Source of the DNA: a virus
Taxonomy: Duplodnaviria; Caudoviricetes
Strand: one strand, 5' to 3'
Virus record (IMG/VR): IMGVR_UViG_2934543808_000001
Location: 70,013-134,012 of that record
DNA: 64,000 nt
The notes under the pieces were generated by a model. It was not told the DNA's origin. It made no database searches and worked only from the letters and a program-made list of their open reading frames with translations. Shown here one piece after another: positions 1 through 9,123 of the stretch. A program made the translations under genes and the position numbers. Within the stretch, counting starts at the first letter, position 1, and every line of letters begins with the position of its first letter.

Positions 1-738
1 GTACTTGTTCTTCTTGCCGGGGCCGAACTTGTCGCGGCCGGGGAACGCCGGGGGCGTCGGCTTCGGCTTCGGCTTGGTGGTCGAGCCGCCGCCGGTGGAC
101 GGCTTGGTGCCGGCGACGATCGCCTTGGCCTTGGCCAGGATCTTGGCGAACGGGATGTTCCCGGGGTCGCCGTGGACGTTCTCCGGGGCGTGGAGGTGGC
201 CGCAGATGCCCTTGAAGGCGTTCCACTCGGAGAAGGTCATGCGCGCGCTGGTGGCGCCGTACGAGGACGGGTAGGCGGGCCACTCCGACGGGCCGCTCAG
301 CGGGATGCCCATGTTCTTGTGCATCCAGGCGATGAGGTCGGCGAGCGCGTCGTAGGCCCACTCCGGGGCGTCGGGCCAGTAGATGTAGTCGACGCCCGCC
401 TTGAGCTTGCCCCAGGTCTTCTTGTGCGAGGGGTCGCAGGTGCCGATCAGTTCGAGCTGGATGACGTTGAGGGTGTTCGTCTCGACGCCCCCGGCCTTGT
501 TGACCAGGGCGCGCGCCGACCGGTTCAGCGCGAAGTGCTGGTAGACGTCGAAGCCCTTCTTCGTGAAGTTGGGCTTCGCGGTGAGGTTCGGGGCCTCGGC
601 GCCGTTGCTGTAGGAGACGATGCCGGTCCCCTCGGTGGTGTGCAGGGCGAGGACGTTGGGGTCCATCAGGTCGCCCTCGTACGTGTCGCCGTACCAGTGC
701 GTGCCGCGGATCGCGCCCGGGTAGAGGGTGGTGGCCAT
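1..738 (-). CDS. Endolysin, N-acetylmuramoyl-L-alanine amidase-like (truncated at window edge)
   Basis: Not in the ORF track. Manual translation from ATG 738 (GGAGG RBS upstream): MATTLYPGA...LALHTTEG...IQLELIG...GICGHLHAPENVHGDPG, then a Pro/Lys linker and FPG start of a cell-wall-binding region. The HTTE and H..PEN.HGDPG motifs are typical of actinophage amidases. Confidence 0.8.
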   Translation of the reverse strand, partial: MATTLYPGAIRGTHWYGDTYEGDLMDPNVLALHTTEGTGIVSYSNGAEAPNLTAKPNFTKKGFDVYQHFALNRSARALVNKAGGVETNTLNVIQLELIGTCDPSHKKTWGKLKAGVDYIYWPDAPEWAYDALADLIAWMHKNMGIPLSGPSEWPAYPSSYGATSARMTFSEWNAFKGICGHLHAPENVHGDPGNIPFAKILAKAKAIVAGTKPSTGGGSTTKPKPKPTPPAFPGRDKFGPGKKNKY

Positions 739-775
739 GTGTGCTTCCTCCGGAGCTGGTGAGCAGGGGGGAAGC

Positions 776-808
776 ACCGTGCGGGGCGGGGGGCGCTAGC
801 GTCCCGGG
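776..808 (-). promoter_or_regulatory. Late-promoter motif copy (endolysin)
   Basis: CCCGGGACGCTAG; CACGGT lies 19 nt after GAC. Confidence 0.6.
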
Positions 809-809
809 C

Positions 810-1418
810 TCACTCGGCGCCCGGCACGTCTTGGTCCTGGTCGTCGTCCGGGTACTGGAGCGCGTGCAGCGTCTCGGCGAGCCGTGTGGCGAGGTCGGCC
901 GAGGGGCCGGTGTTCTCGACGGCGACCGGGCCCCCGGCCGCGCCGGTCAGCTCGACCTCCAGGTGGTCTTCCTTGCCGTACTGCTTGCGGTGCTGCCGCT
1001 CCAGGTACCAGGCCGCCGCCCTCCAGTCCGGCGGCGTCGTGATCGTCTCCTCCAGCACCTTGCCCGAGTGCGGGTCGAACTTCCTGTGGGTGGTGACGAT
1101 GCCGCCGCGGCTGGCGCGGCGGATGTCGAGGGCGGCCGAGAGGGCGGCGGAGGCGCGGGCACGCTCGACCTTCTCGAAGAACTCCACGAAGTGGTCGAGG
1201 TCGGGGTCGGGGTCGTTGCCGGCCGCGCGGTCGACGGCCTCGGTGCGGCCGTAGGCCATCCAGCGCAGGAAGGTGGCGCGGCTGATGCCCGCGTTGACGG
1301 CCGCCAGGTCCACGGCGAGGCCGGCGCGGGACGCCTCGACCAGGCGCGTCTCGACCTCCGGCGTCAGGAGCCGGGTACGCGCCGCGGCTTGGGAGCGGCG
1401 GACTTTGCGGCTGGGCAT
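810..1418 (-). CDS. Putative terminase small subunit
   Basis: N-terminal HTH (AAVNAGISRATFLRW), DWRAAAWYLER motif and ELTGAAGGPV tail, as in actinophage small terminases. Confidence 0.65.
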   Translation of the reverse strand: MPSRKVRRSQAAARTRLLTPEVETRLVEASRAGLAVDLAAVNAGISRATFLRWMAYGRTEAVDRAAGNDPDPDLDHFVEFFEKVERARASAALSAALDIRRASRGGIVTTHRKFDPHSGKVLEETITTPPDWRAAAWYLERQHRKQYGKEDHLEVELTGAAGGPVAVENTGPSADLATRLAETLHALQYPDDDQDQDVPGAE

Positions 1419-1425
1419 GGCGGGG

Positions 1426-1458
1426 ACCGTAGATCGACTGCCGGGTTACTGTCCCGGG
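1426..1458 (-). promoter_or_regulatory. Late-promoter motif copy (leaderless small terminase)
   Basis: CCCGGGACAGTAA; TACGGT 19 nt after GAC and 7 nt before the ATG. Confidence 0.65.
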
Positions 1459-2078
1459 CTGAACAGGTGGCCGCAGGCCGGGCAGCAGACGGAGCCGGAG
1501 CGTTCGTTGTCGCCGCTGTCGCCGTATCCGTCGTCGGTGAAGTCCTCGCCGAGCATGTCCCGCTCCGGCGTCTCGGTGCCGTCCGGTCCCTGCGGCAGGC
1601 CCTCGGGGTCGACCTCCCGCAGCAGTTGCTCCATCTCGTCGTCGGAGATGCACAGGGAGTCGAACAGGTCGGCGTCGGAGGTCGCCAGCTCTTCCAGGAT
1701 CGCGGCGAGGGCTCGGGAGTCCCATCCGCCTGCCATCGGCAGCCGGTTGAGGAGGATGAGCACGGCGTGGGCCTGGCGGTCGCTGGCGGAGGCCCAGCCG
1801 CGGGTGACGGGGACCAGCCATCCGCCGTCGTCGTCCAGGAGCAGGCCGTCAGGGATGGGCTCGCCGCGGACCTGCATCTCTATCAGCGCTTCGCGGCGGC
1901 CGTGGCCTGCGATCACCAGGCTGGTGCGCTCGTCCACGACGGGGGTGTCGATGAACCCGTGGTCCTTGATCGAGGCGATGATCCGCTCGATCTCATGCTT
2001 CTTGGGGTTCGCCGGGTCCGGGGGGAGATCGGTGAGCGGGATGTAGCTGATGTAGCGGGGGGCGGCGAGTCCGGTCAC
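1446..2078 (-). CDS. ParB/Srx N-terminal domain protein with C-terminal CPACG Zn ribbon
   Basis: DLPPDPANPKKH...IASIKDHGFIDTPVVD...IAGHGRREA; this gene type commonly sits beside terminase genes. Confidence 0.75.
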   Translation of the reverse strand: MTGLAAPRYISYIPLTDLPPDPANPKKHEIERIIASIKDHGFIDTPVVDERTSLVIAGHGRREALIEMQVRGEPIPDGLLLDDDGGWLVPVTRGWASASDRQAHAVLILLNRLPMAGGWDSRALAAILEELATSDADLFDSLCISDDEMEQLLREVDPEGLPQGPDGTETPERDMLGEDFTDDGYGDSGDNERSGSVCCPACGHLFSPGQ

Positions 2079-2519
2079 GGCTGCTCCTGTCGCGCAGCTC
2101 GGGCCGGGGGTGAGGAGCGGCCGTTGGTCAGCGAGCCCGCGGACTTCAACCGCGGCGCCCCGGCTCGCTACCGGGACATGCCGTCATGGCCGGACCGTCG
2201 GGCCGCTCCTCGGCCGGCGCCGCCCCACGTGTCCGGACGGGGCTGCGCCGGGGCCCGCGTGGCGAGTTCGGCGGGTGCGCGTTCCACCGGTCGTCTCTCG
2301 GGCCGGGCGGAAGGAACTCATCCCGTCGCGGTTTCTGTCCTGGCCCGTGATCCGGACATGGTGTACAGTCCCCGTTTGTGGCCGCACGAGCGAGCAGCCA
2401 CACCCGGTCTGGTGTAACGAATTCCGGCCTCACTCCGTCCATAGGGCGGAAGGCCACCAGCGCCAGACCTTCAACGCTCCAAAGCCGGGTCACCGGCAAA
2501 CCAGAGAGGTACGTACGCG

Positions 2520-3080
2520 ATGCCCGAGACGGACAACGCACCGACGGTCGGTCAGAGCGACCTGGCGCTGAGGGCTGCGGTGGCCTACCGCGTGAAGAAG
2601 CGTGTCGCCGAGATCTGCGACCCGGTCATCGAGGAGAACGCCGAGCACATCCGGAACACGAAGGGCACCCGCAGCCTGTCGGCCGAGATGCCCCTTGCCG
2701 AGGGCGGCACCCAGCCGCTCGGCACCTTCACCCGGACGATGGCGAAGGCGAAGTTCCGCATCGAGGACCGGAAGAAGGTGCTCGACTACGCCGACGCGCT
2801 GGAAGAGACCGAGTACGTCATCCGCCCCTCCTTCGAGAAGGCGCTCCTGAGCCGCCTGGTCTGGAAGGACTCCCAGGTGATCGACACGGCCACCGGCGAG
2901 ATCGTGGAGGGCATCAGCTACGACCCGGGCGGCCTGACCGACACCGTCAGCCCGAAGTGGAACGACGCCGGCATGGAGGCCCTGGACGCCCTGCTCGGCT
3001 TCGTTGACGCGGCGCTGGAGAACCTGCCCCACCTGACGGCGGACGACTTCGCCCTTCCGGTGCTGGAGGCGGGCGAATGA
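2520..3080 (+). CDS. Hypothetical phage early protein
   Basis: GAGG RBS, strong GC3 bias, ATGA overlap with the whiB-like gene. Confidence 0.7.
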   Translation: MPETDNAPTVGQSDLALRAAVAYRVKKRVAEICDPVIEENAEHIRNTKGTRSLSAEMPLAEGGTQPLGTFTRTMAKAKFRIEDRKKVLDYADALEETEYVIRPSFEKALLSRLVWKDSQVIDTATGEIVEGISYDPGGLTDTVSPKWNDAGMEALDALLGFVDAALENLPHLTADDFALPVLEAGE

Positions 3081-3382
3081 TCCCCGCGTTCATGACCGAG
3101 TCGCCGTGCTCGCGCATCGACCCCGAGGCGATGTTCCCGGCCCCGTCGGACACGGCGGCCATCGCCTTCGCCAAGGAGCAGGTCTGCGGCACCTGCCACT
3201 TCCGGGCCCAGTGCCTGGAGTGGGCCATCAGCCCGTTCAGCCGCTCCGAGTACGGCATCTTCGGCGGCCACACCGAGGACGAGCGCCGCGACCTGGTCAA
3301 GGCCCGGAAGCTCGCCAAGCCGGTGCGCCTGAACTACGGGCCGCTGCCGCCCAAGCACCAGCGCCTCTCGGCCGCCGCCTGA
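3077..3382 (+). CDS. WhiB family transcriptional regulator
   Basis: Four Cys (C...CGTC...C), DPEAMFP and YGIFGGHTEDERR (GIWGG-like turn). Confidence 0.9.
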   Translation: MIPAFMTESPCSRIDPEAMFPAPSDTAAIAFAKEQVCGTCHFRAQCLEWAISPFSRSEYGIFGGHTEDERRDLVKARKLAKPVRLNYGPLPPKHQRLSAAA

Positions 3383-3448
3383 TCGCCCGCACGCTTCTGC
3401 CCGCCCCGCACCCCGCGCGGGGGCGGGCACCTCTCGCAAGGAACCACC

Positions 3449-3775
3449 GTGATCCCCAGCGACACCCGCTTGGCGCTGATCGACCAGGCCACCGACAAGG
3501 CCGACGAGTCACCTGACGAACTCAGCCCGGAGACCCTGACCGCGTTCGTGCGGCACCTGCGGCGCAACGACCTCGACGTACGCGAGTGGCACCGCTGCGA
3601 CGACTTCGCCGCGTCGGCCGGCATGACCCACCACCAGGCCCGCCGGGCGGTCGGACAGCTCGTCCGTGCCGGCCTGCTGGACCGGGACGTCGTGCCGCGC
3701 CGCGTCCGCCGTCAGGACGGCCGGTACACCGTCTACCGCCTGTCGCCCAGCGCCATGGAAGGGGCAGGCCAGTGA
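3449..3775 (+). CDS. Small winged-HTH DNA-binding protein
   Basis: FAASAGMTHHQARRAVGQLVRAGLLDR...YRL; GTGA overlap with the next gene. Confidence 0.55.
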   Translation: MIPSDTRLALIDQATDKADESPDELSPETLTAFVRHLRRNDLDVREWHRCDDFAASAGMTHHQARRAVGQLVRAGLLDRDVVPRRVRRQDGRYTVYRLSPSAMEGAGQ

Positions 3776-5007
3776 GCAGCCACGAGATGGACGAGCTGGA
3801 CGAGCAGTTCGAGGTCGTCATCGGCCGCAAGGCGCCCTTCTCCATGATCCCGGACTGGGTGACCCTGTACCCGGGGAGCAAGTCCTCCCCGATGTACGCG
3901 GGGAAGATCCTGTCCCCGACCGCGAAGGCCGTCTACAACGTGCTGGCGATGCACGTGAACGTCTCGCGAGGGGACAGCGCATGCTGGCCCTCCCGCAAGA
4001 CCATCGCGCAGATCCTCGGCTTCTCCCGTGAGCAGTCCGTCGACCAGTACCTCGACCAGCTCGATGAGGTCGACGCCATCGACCGCGAGCCGATCACCCG
4101 CGCCAACGGCGCGAAGGGCGTGCGCTACATCGTGCACCAGACGCCGCCCAGCGACTTCGAGGGCGAGCAGAGCGTGGGCGAGCACTACAAGCACCGCCGC
4201 GCCATCGAGGCGGCGAAGCTGACCCGCTCCCCGGGCCGCCCCCGAAAGACGGAGGCCGCCGACGTCGAGCAGCCCCCGCTCGCCGTGACCGAGGTCGAGG
4301 CGGAGCCGCAGGAGAGCCCCGCGGACGCGCTCGTGCGCACGACCGTTGACGAGTGGTGGGCACAGGCGGAGGAGCGGGTCGTCCTCGGCGAGATGGACCC
4401 GCTCGGCACCGACCGGCAGAAGGAGCGTGCGCGCGGCAACCTGGTGGCACGCGTCCGGGACGCGGTCGCCACCGGCCACGACCCGGAGCTGATCAAGCTG
4501 GCGCTGCGCGAACTCGGCGAGTGGGGCCCCGCGAAGGCCAAGTTCGAACGAGCGCTCAAGACGTACAAGGACAAGACGCCCGAAGACATCGAACTCGACA
4601 AGCAGGCGCAGAGCGGCGCCAAGAAGTGGTGGGCCGAGGCCGAGACGCGGGTCGCCGACAAGAAGATGGGCCCGCTCCTCGCCGACACCAAGAGGCAGGA
4701 GACCGGCTACTACCTCAACCTCCGCACCCGCATCCGGGAGGCCCTGAAGGCGGGATACGACCGCTGGATCATCTGGGACGCCCTGGTGGAGCTGGGCGAG
4801 TGGTCGCCCGCGAAGCGCGAGTTCGACCGCACCCTGCGCCGGCTGTCCGGCGTGCGGCAGCCCCGAGGGGCCCGCGGAGGCCGGGCGCCGCTGTTCACCA
4901 ACGACCAGTGGAAGCAGAAAGATCCGCCACCGCAGAGCGGAGCCCCCGACGTTCCGACCGCACCCGACCTGAGCGTGTTCGGTGTCCAGTCCGATGACGC
5001 CGCCTGA
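3772..5007 (+). CDS. Replication initiator (HTH_36-like N-terminus, duplicated C-terminal domain)
   Basis: FSMIPDWV...LSPTAKAVYNVL...CWPSRKTIAQILG; GTG start overlaps the upstream TGA; followed by a DnaC-like gene. Confidence 0.7.
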   Translation: MSSHEMDELDEQFEVVIGRKAPFSMIPDWVTLYPGSKSSPMYAGKILSPTAKAVYNVLAMHVNVSRGDSACWPSRKTIAQILGFSREQSVDQYLDQLDEVDAIDREPITRANGAKGVRYIVHQTPPSDFEGEQSVGEHYKHRRAIEAAKLTRSPGRPRKTEAADVEQPPLAVTEVEAEPQESPADALVRTTVDEWWAQAEERVVLGEMDPLGTDRQKERARGNLVARVRDAVATGHDPELIKLALRELGEWGPAKAKFERALKTYKDKTPEDIELDKQAQSGAKKWWAEAETRVADKKMGPLLADTKRQETGYYLNLRTRIREALKAGYDRWIIWDALVELGEWSPAKREFDRTLRRLSGVRQPRGARGGRAPLFTNDQWKQKDPPPQSGAPDVPTAPDLSVFGVQSDDAA

Positions 5008-5026
5008 CGAGAGGAGGACCGACGAC

Positions 5027-5833
5027 ATGTCCCTCACCATGACCGCCCCAGCGATCCCGGAGACCCGGCAGGTGGTGCGCGCGGACGGCCCCATAGCCGC
5101 GGTCGCGAGCATCCTGCGGCGCCGCGGGATGGACCCCGGCAAGGCGGCGCTGACCGAGGACCGCCCGGACAGCACGGACGAGTACCAGCGGGAGGTGTAC
5201 CGGCAGGCGTGGGTGAACTCGCTGCGCCTGTCCGGGCACGACGACTACGCCCGCTTCACCCTCGCCAAGCTGCACGCGGATCAGTTCCCCGACCACGTGC
5301 GCACCTACGTGGACAAGTGCGTGGAGGCGCGGGCCCTCAACCGCGAGCAGGAAAAGCTCCCGGAGGACGAGCGGGAGATCGTCCGGCCGACGATCCAGCA
5401 CCTGATCCTGCACGGCTCGACCGGCACCAGGAAGACGGCCACCGCCGCCGCGGCCGGCGCGTACGCCGTGGAGCGCGGCCTGATGACCCGCTTCGTCTCG
5501 CACTCGAAGTATCTGGGCTGGCTCCGGCCGGACAGCGCGCCTGCCGGGCTCACGCGGACGCAGATCCTGGAGCGCTACGAGCGGTGCGACGTGCTGATCC
5601 TGGACGACCTGTGCGAGGAGATGGACGAGTACGCCACCAACCACGTCCGGACGCTCACCAACAACCTGATCACGGCACGCGCCAACAAGGGTCGCGGGAC
5701 GATCTTCACGACGAACCTGAACTTCGACCAGGTCGAGGTCGTTCTCGGCGAGCGCCTGGCGTCCCGGATCGGCGGCCGGGCGCTGCCGCTCAAGCTCGTC
5801 GGCGACGACGCCCGAAAGCCGCAAAGGTGGTGA
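5027..5833 (+). CDS. DnaC/IstB-like AAA+ helicase loader
   Basis: LILHGSTGTRKT (variant Walker A), DVLILDDL (Walker B), TIFTTNL, GERLASRI; GGAGG RBS before ATG 5027. Confidence 0.8.
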   Translation: MSLTMTAPAIPETRQVVRADGPIAAVASILRRRGMDPGKAALTEDRPDSTDEYQREVYRQAWVNSLRLSGHDDYARFTLAKLHADQFPDHVRTYVDKCVEARALNREQEKLPEDEREIVRPTIQHLILHGSTGTRKTATAAAAGAYAVERGLMTRFVSHSKYLGWLRPDSAPAGLTRTQILERYERCDVLILDDLCEEMDEYATNHVRTLTNNLITARANKGRGTIFTTNLNFDQVEVVLGERLASRIGGRALPLKLVGDDARKPQRW

Positions 5834-5958
5834 ATGGCGCGGATTCCACTGGTGCGTCGAAAGGGTCACGCCCACCAAGCGGAAGGTGATCTAGTCTGTC
5901 CGGGACCGGTGCGCTCACGAGCGAGAGCGCAGCGCCAACGCTCCTGGAGGACAGCTTC

Positions 5959-7209
5959 GTGGCCCGACCCCTATCGACGGCGCGCTTCGCGACCATGTCC
6001 GAGGCGGAGATCCGAGCAGCCGAACGCACACTGATTGCAGGGACCTGGGCGATCACGGCCGGGGCCCTGCTCTTCAGCGTGCTCACCGTCACCCCGCTCG
6101 TCCGGTCGGTCAGTCCTCCGGGCTGGGAGTGGACGGCCCCCATCCTCCCGCTCGTCGTGGACGCCGCGGTGATCATCGTGGTGAAGCTCGACTCCGTCAT
6201 CTCCCGGCTCGGCGGCGAGGGCGGCGCGTGGCCGGTGTTCCTGCGGTGGATGACCGGCCTGATGACGCTCGCCCTCAACATCGGCGACAGCGCCCTGCAC
6301 CACGACTGGGTGGGCATGGCCGTCCACTCGGTGGCCCCGCTCCTGCTGATCGTCACCGCGGAAGCCGGCCTGTCGTACCGGCGCGCCATCAGCGGGGCCC
6401 TGGCGCGCATCGCTCGCGAGGAGGCGGAGGCGGCCGAGCGGGAGCGCGCGGAGCGCGAGGCGCAGGCGCAGGCCGACCGGGAGGAGCGGGAGCGGGCGCG
6501 TGCCGCCGAGGAGCAGGCCGAGCGGGACGCTCGCGAGCACGCCGCCAAGCTGGAGCGGGAGCGAGCGGAGCGTGAGGAGGCCCGGCTTGCCGCCGAGCGC
6601 GAGCACGCCCTGGCCGTGGAGAAGGAGCGCTCCGCCCGTGAGCGGGCCGAGCGGGACGCCGCCTTGGAGCAGGAGAAGGCGGCCCGCGAGTTCACCGCGC
6701 GCATGGAGCGGGAGCGGGCCGAGCGGGACGCCGCCGAGCGCCGCCGCCAGGAGGAGCGCGCCGACCGGGAGCGGCGCGAGAAGGCGGCCCGCGAGGACGA
6801 GGAGCGCCGGCGGGCGGACCGGGAGCGGCAGTTGGCGAAGGTGGCCACCACCGCGGCGGTTCCTGCCCCCGGGCGGCGCGTCGCCCCGGCGAAGGCTACT
6901 GGGGGGACGGGCCGCGTCGTGACGGCCGTCGTCATGGACAACGAGTTCGCCGGCATGACGAAGGACAAGGCGGAGGAGGCCCTGTTCGAGCTGTACCGCG
7001 CGGCGCGGGACGCGAGCACGTACGACGACTGGGAGCAGGACCCGCTCGCGCGGCCGGGCGGGGAGTTCTGCGGCAGCAACCTGGGCCGGCGGCTGGGCCG
7101 CTCGGACACTTCGGGCCGCACCAAGGTGAAGCCGAAGTTCGAGCGCTGGTACCAGGAGCACAAGGAGAAGGCTGCGGCCGAGGGCGGCGTGCTGGTCGGC
7201 GTGGGCTGA
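5959..7209 (+). CDS. DUF2637/SpdB-like membrane protein with long coiled coil
   Basis: About four hydrophobic helices (APILPLVVDAAVII; AVHSVAPLLLIVTAEA), then an E/R/A-rich coiled coil and a C-terminal HTH-like segment; start uncertain. Confidence 0.6.
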   Translation: MARPLSTARFATMSEAEIRAAERTLIAGTWAITAGALLFSVLTVTPLVRSVSPPGWEWTAPILPLVVDAAVIIVVKLDSVISRLGGEGGAWPVFLRWMTGLMTLALNIGDSALHHDWVGMAVHSVAPLLLIVTAEAGLSYRRAISGALARIAREEAEAAERERAEREAQAQADREERERARAAEEQAERDAREHAAKLERERAEREEARLAAEREHALAVEKERSARERAERDAALEQEKAAREFTARMERERAERDAAERRRQEERADRERREKAAREDEERRRADRERQLAKVATTAAVPAPGRRVAPAKATGGTGRVVTAVVMDNEFAGMTKDKAEEALFELYRAARDASTYDDWEQDPLARPGGEFCGSNLGRRLGRSDTSGRTKVKPKFERWYQEHKEKAAAEGGVLVGVG

Positions 7210-7223
7210 GCGCGCAAGCAGCA

Positions 7224-7264
7224 ACTGCGGCGGGTGTCCCGGAGAACGGGGCGCCCGCCGCAGT
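7224..7264 (+). terminator. Stem-loop after the Spd-like gene
   Basis: ACTGCGGCGGGTGTCCC ... GGGGCGCCCGCCGCAGT inverted repeat. Confidence 0.55.
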
Positions 7265-7416
7265 CGTGTCTGGGCTCGACGCAAGCGATAGACCACATGG
7301 TAAACTGTACACAGTGTCCGGAAGGGATCTAAGCCCTTCCGACGGCACACCATGCCCCGGTACGAGCAAGCCGCGGGCGCCAACGCTCCGAAGTCAGCCC
7401 AGGAGGACGGTCACCC

Positions 7417-8988
7417 ATGGCCGACACGACCACAGTGGCCGAGCAAGCCACGCAAGAACCCCTCACCGTCGATGAAGCCATGATCGCCGTCATGCAGGAG
7501 ATCGGCCCCGTCGGCAAGAACGGCCGAAACGAGAAGCAGAACTACCAGTTCCAGGCGTACGACGACATCGTGGCCGCCGCCCAGGGCCCCATGGCGAAGT
7601 ACGGCCTGCGCATGCTGCCCGAGGTCATCGACCAGAAGCACTTCGTGCGCGGCGAGCGTACGAACGTGGCCATCCTGACCGTGCGGTACCGCATCCGCGG
7701 GCCGCGCGGGGACGAGATCGACACCCCCATCGTGGTCGTCGGCGAGGGCGCGGACGTGGCGGACAAGGCCAGCAACAAGGCCATGACCGCTGCGAAGAAG
7801 TACGCCTTCAAGCAGGCATTCGAGATCAGCGACGACACCGACGACGGCGACTTCAAGCACCCGGTGGCCGCCGGGGGCCCTGTGGACTGGTATGTCGCGC
7901 AGCTCGACCGCCCCAACGTCTGGCAGAACCCGAACGCCCTGGCCAGTCTGCTGGAGCGGGCAACTGGGGCGGGGCACGACGGTCTGCACATGCCGAACCG
8001 CCCCGGCATCACCCTCCGCGCGGTGATCGAGGCGCAGGGCCGCAAGCTGCTGGCCGAGCAGCAGGAGCGGCAGCGCCGACAGGCCGAGGAGGCAGAGGCG
8101 ATGCGGGCCCAGATGTCCGCCGAGTACCCGGAGCCCTCCGAGCCGTACGACGCGTGGTCCCAGGCCGTACCGGCGCCGCAGGCCCCCCAGCGCTTGGATG
8201 CTCCGGCACCCCCGCCGGCCGCCCCCGCGCCGCAGTGGAACACCCCGCAGGTCCCCGCGCCCGCTCCGCCCGCGCCCGCTCCGCCCGCGCCGGCTCCGCC
8301 CGCCCCCGCTCCGCCTGCCCCCGCCCCGGACGCGACCGTGGTCCAGCGCGAGTTCGCCGCAGCCCTGGCCGACCCGGTCAACGGCTGGCAGGCGCTCCAC
8401 GACATGCGCGCCCGCTGGGGGGCGCTGCTCGCCCAAGCCCTGATCCACACCGACCTGTGGGGGACGGTAGACGCCAACAGCGCGGTCAACATCGCCATCG
8501 CAAGCTGGGCGAGCCTCGTGCAGCAGCACCCCGCGGCCACCGCAGCGCCTATGCCGCCCGCCCCGCCCGCGCCCGCGCCTGCCGTCCCGACGGCGGCACC
8601 GACCGCGCCCGCGCCTCCAGCTGCCCCCGGGCCGGCGGAGGAAGCCACCGCGCCCGCGCTGCGGCTGGCTCCGCGCACGGCCGACATGAGCGCCGCCGAC
8701 CGCGCGCGAGCGAACACCGTGGCCGAGCTGGAGTTGCAGGCGCAGATGCTCGGCGTGCCCACGCTGGAGTTCGTCGCGGACCTCCTCCCCGAAGGAGGGA
8801 CGAGCGTTGAGGACATCAAGGGCGGGAGCCGCCTCCAGGACCACGTGAAGCAGCACCGCCCCGAGGTCCTGGCGGCGTTCGTCAGCAGGGGGATGACGGA
8901 GGCGGCCTCCGAGTACGCGAAGTTCGGAGATCGCGTGCCTGCCCGAGACATCAACAAGTTCCTCCAGAACATGCTCCAGGTGACCTGA
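7417..8988 (+). CDS. ERF-family ssDNA annealing protein with long Pro/Ala-rich C-terminal extension
   Basis: VGKNGRNEKQNYQF..YDDI..A..P.MAKYGL and GEGADVADKASNKAMTAAKKYA; AGGAGG RBS. Confidence 0.85.
   Translation: MADTTTVAEQATQEPLTVDEAMIAVMQEIGPVGKNGRNEKQNYQFQAYDDIVAAAQGPMAKYGLRMLPEVIDQKHFVRGERTNVAILTVRYRIRGPRGDEIDTPIVVVGEGADVADKASNKAMTAAKKYAFKQAFEISDDTDDGDFKHPVAAGGPVDWYVAQLDRPNVWQNPNALASLLERATGAGHDGLHMPNRPGITLRAVIEAQGRKLLAEQQERQRRQAEEAEAMRAQMSAEYPEPSEPYDAWSQAVPAPQAPQRLDAPAPPPAAPAPQWNTPQVPAPAPPAPAPPAPAPPAPAPPAPAPDATVVQREFAAALADPVNGWQALHDMRARWGALLAQALIHTDLWGTVDANSAVNIAIASWASLVQQHPAATAAPMPPAPPAPAPAVPTAAPTAPAPPAAPGPAEEATAPALRLAPRTADMSAADRARANTVAELELQAQMLGVPTLEFVADLLPEGGTSVEDIKGGSRLQDHVKQHRPEVLAAFVSRGMTEAASEYAKFGDRVPARDINKFLQNMLQVT
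8254..8328 (+). repeat. 15-bp tandem repeat, five copies (PAPAP linker)
   Basis: CCCGCGCCCGCTCCG and variants in tandem. Confidence 0.8.
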
Positions 8989-9123
8989 CGCGACGTGCCG
9001 ACCCCCGCGGGAACCGCAGAGCCCGCGGGGACGGGAGTGGCACGCGCCCCGTCGCGTCACGTCACGTCACGACGGCCGCCCTGTCGAGCAGCGCGGCACT
9101 GCTCGGGGGACGGCCGAGCAAGA

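Noticed and set aside
2125-2172. Canonical tRNA gene
   Set aside because: No D arm or anticodon arm; kept only as a tRNA-like hairpin finding.
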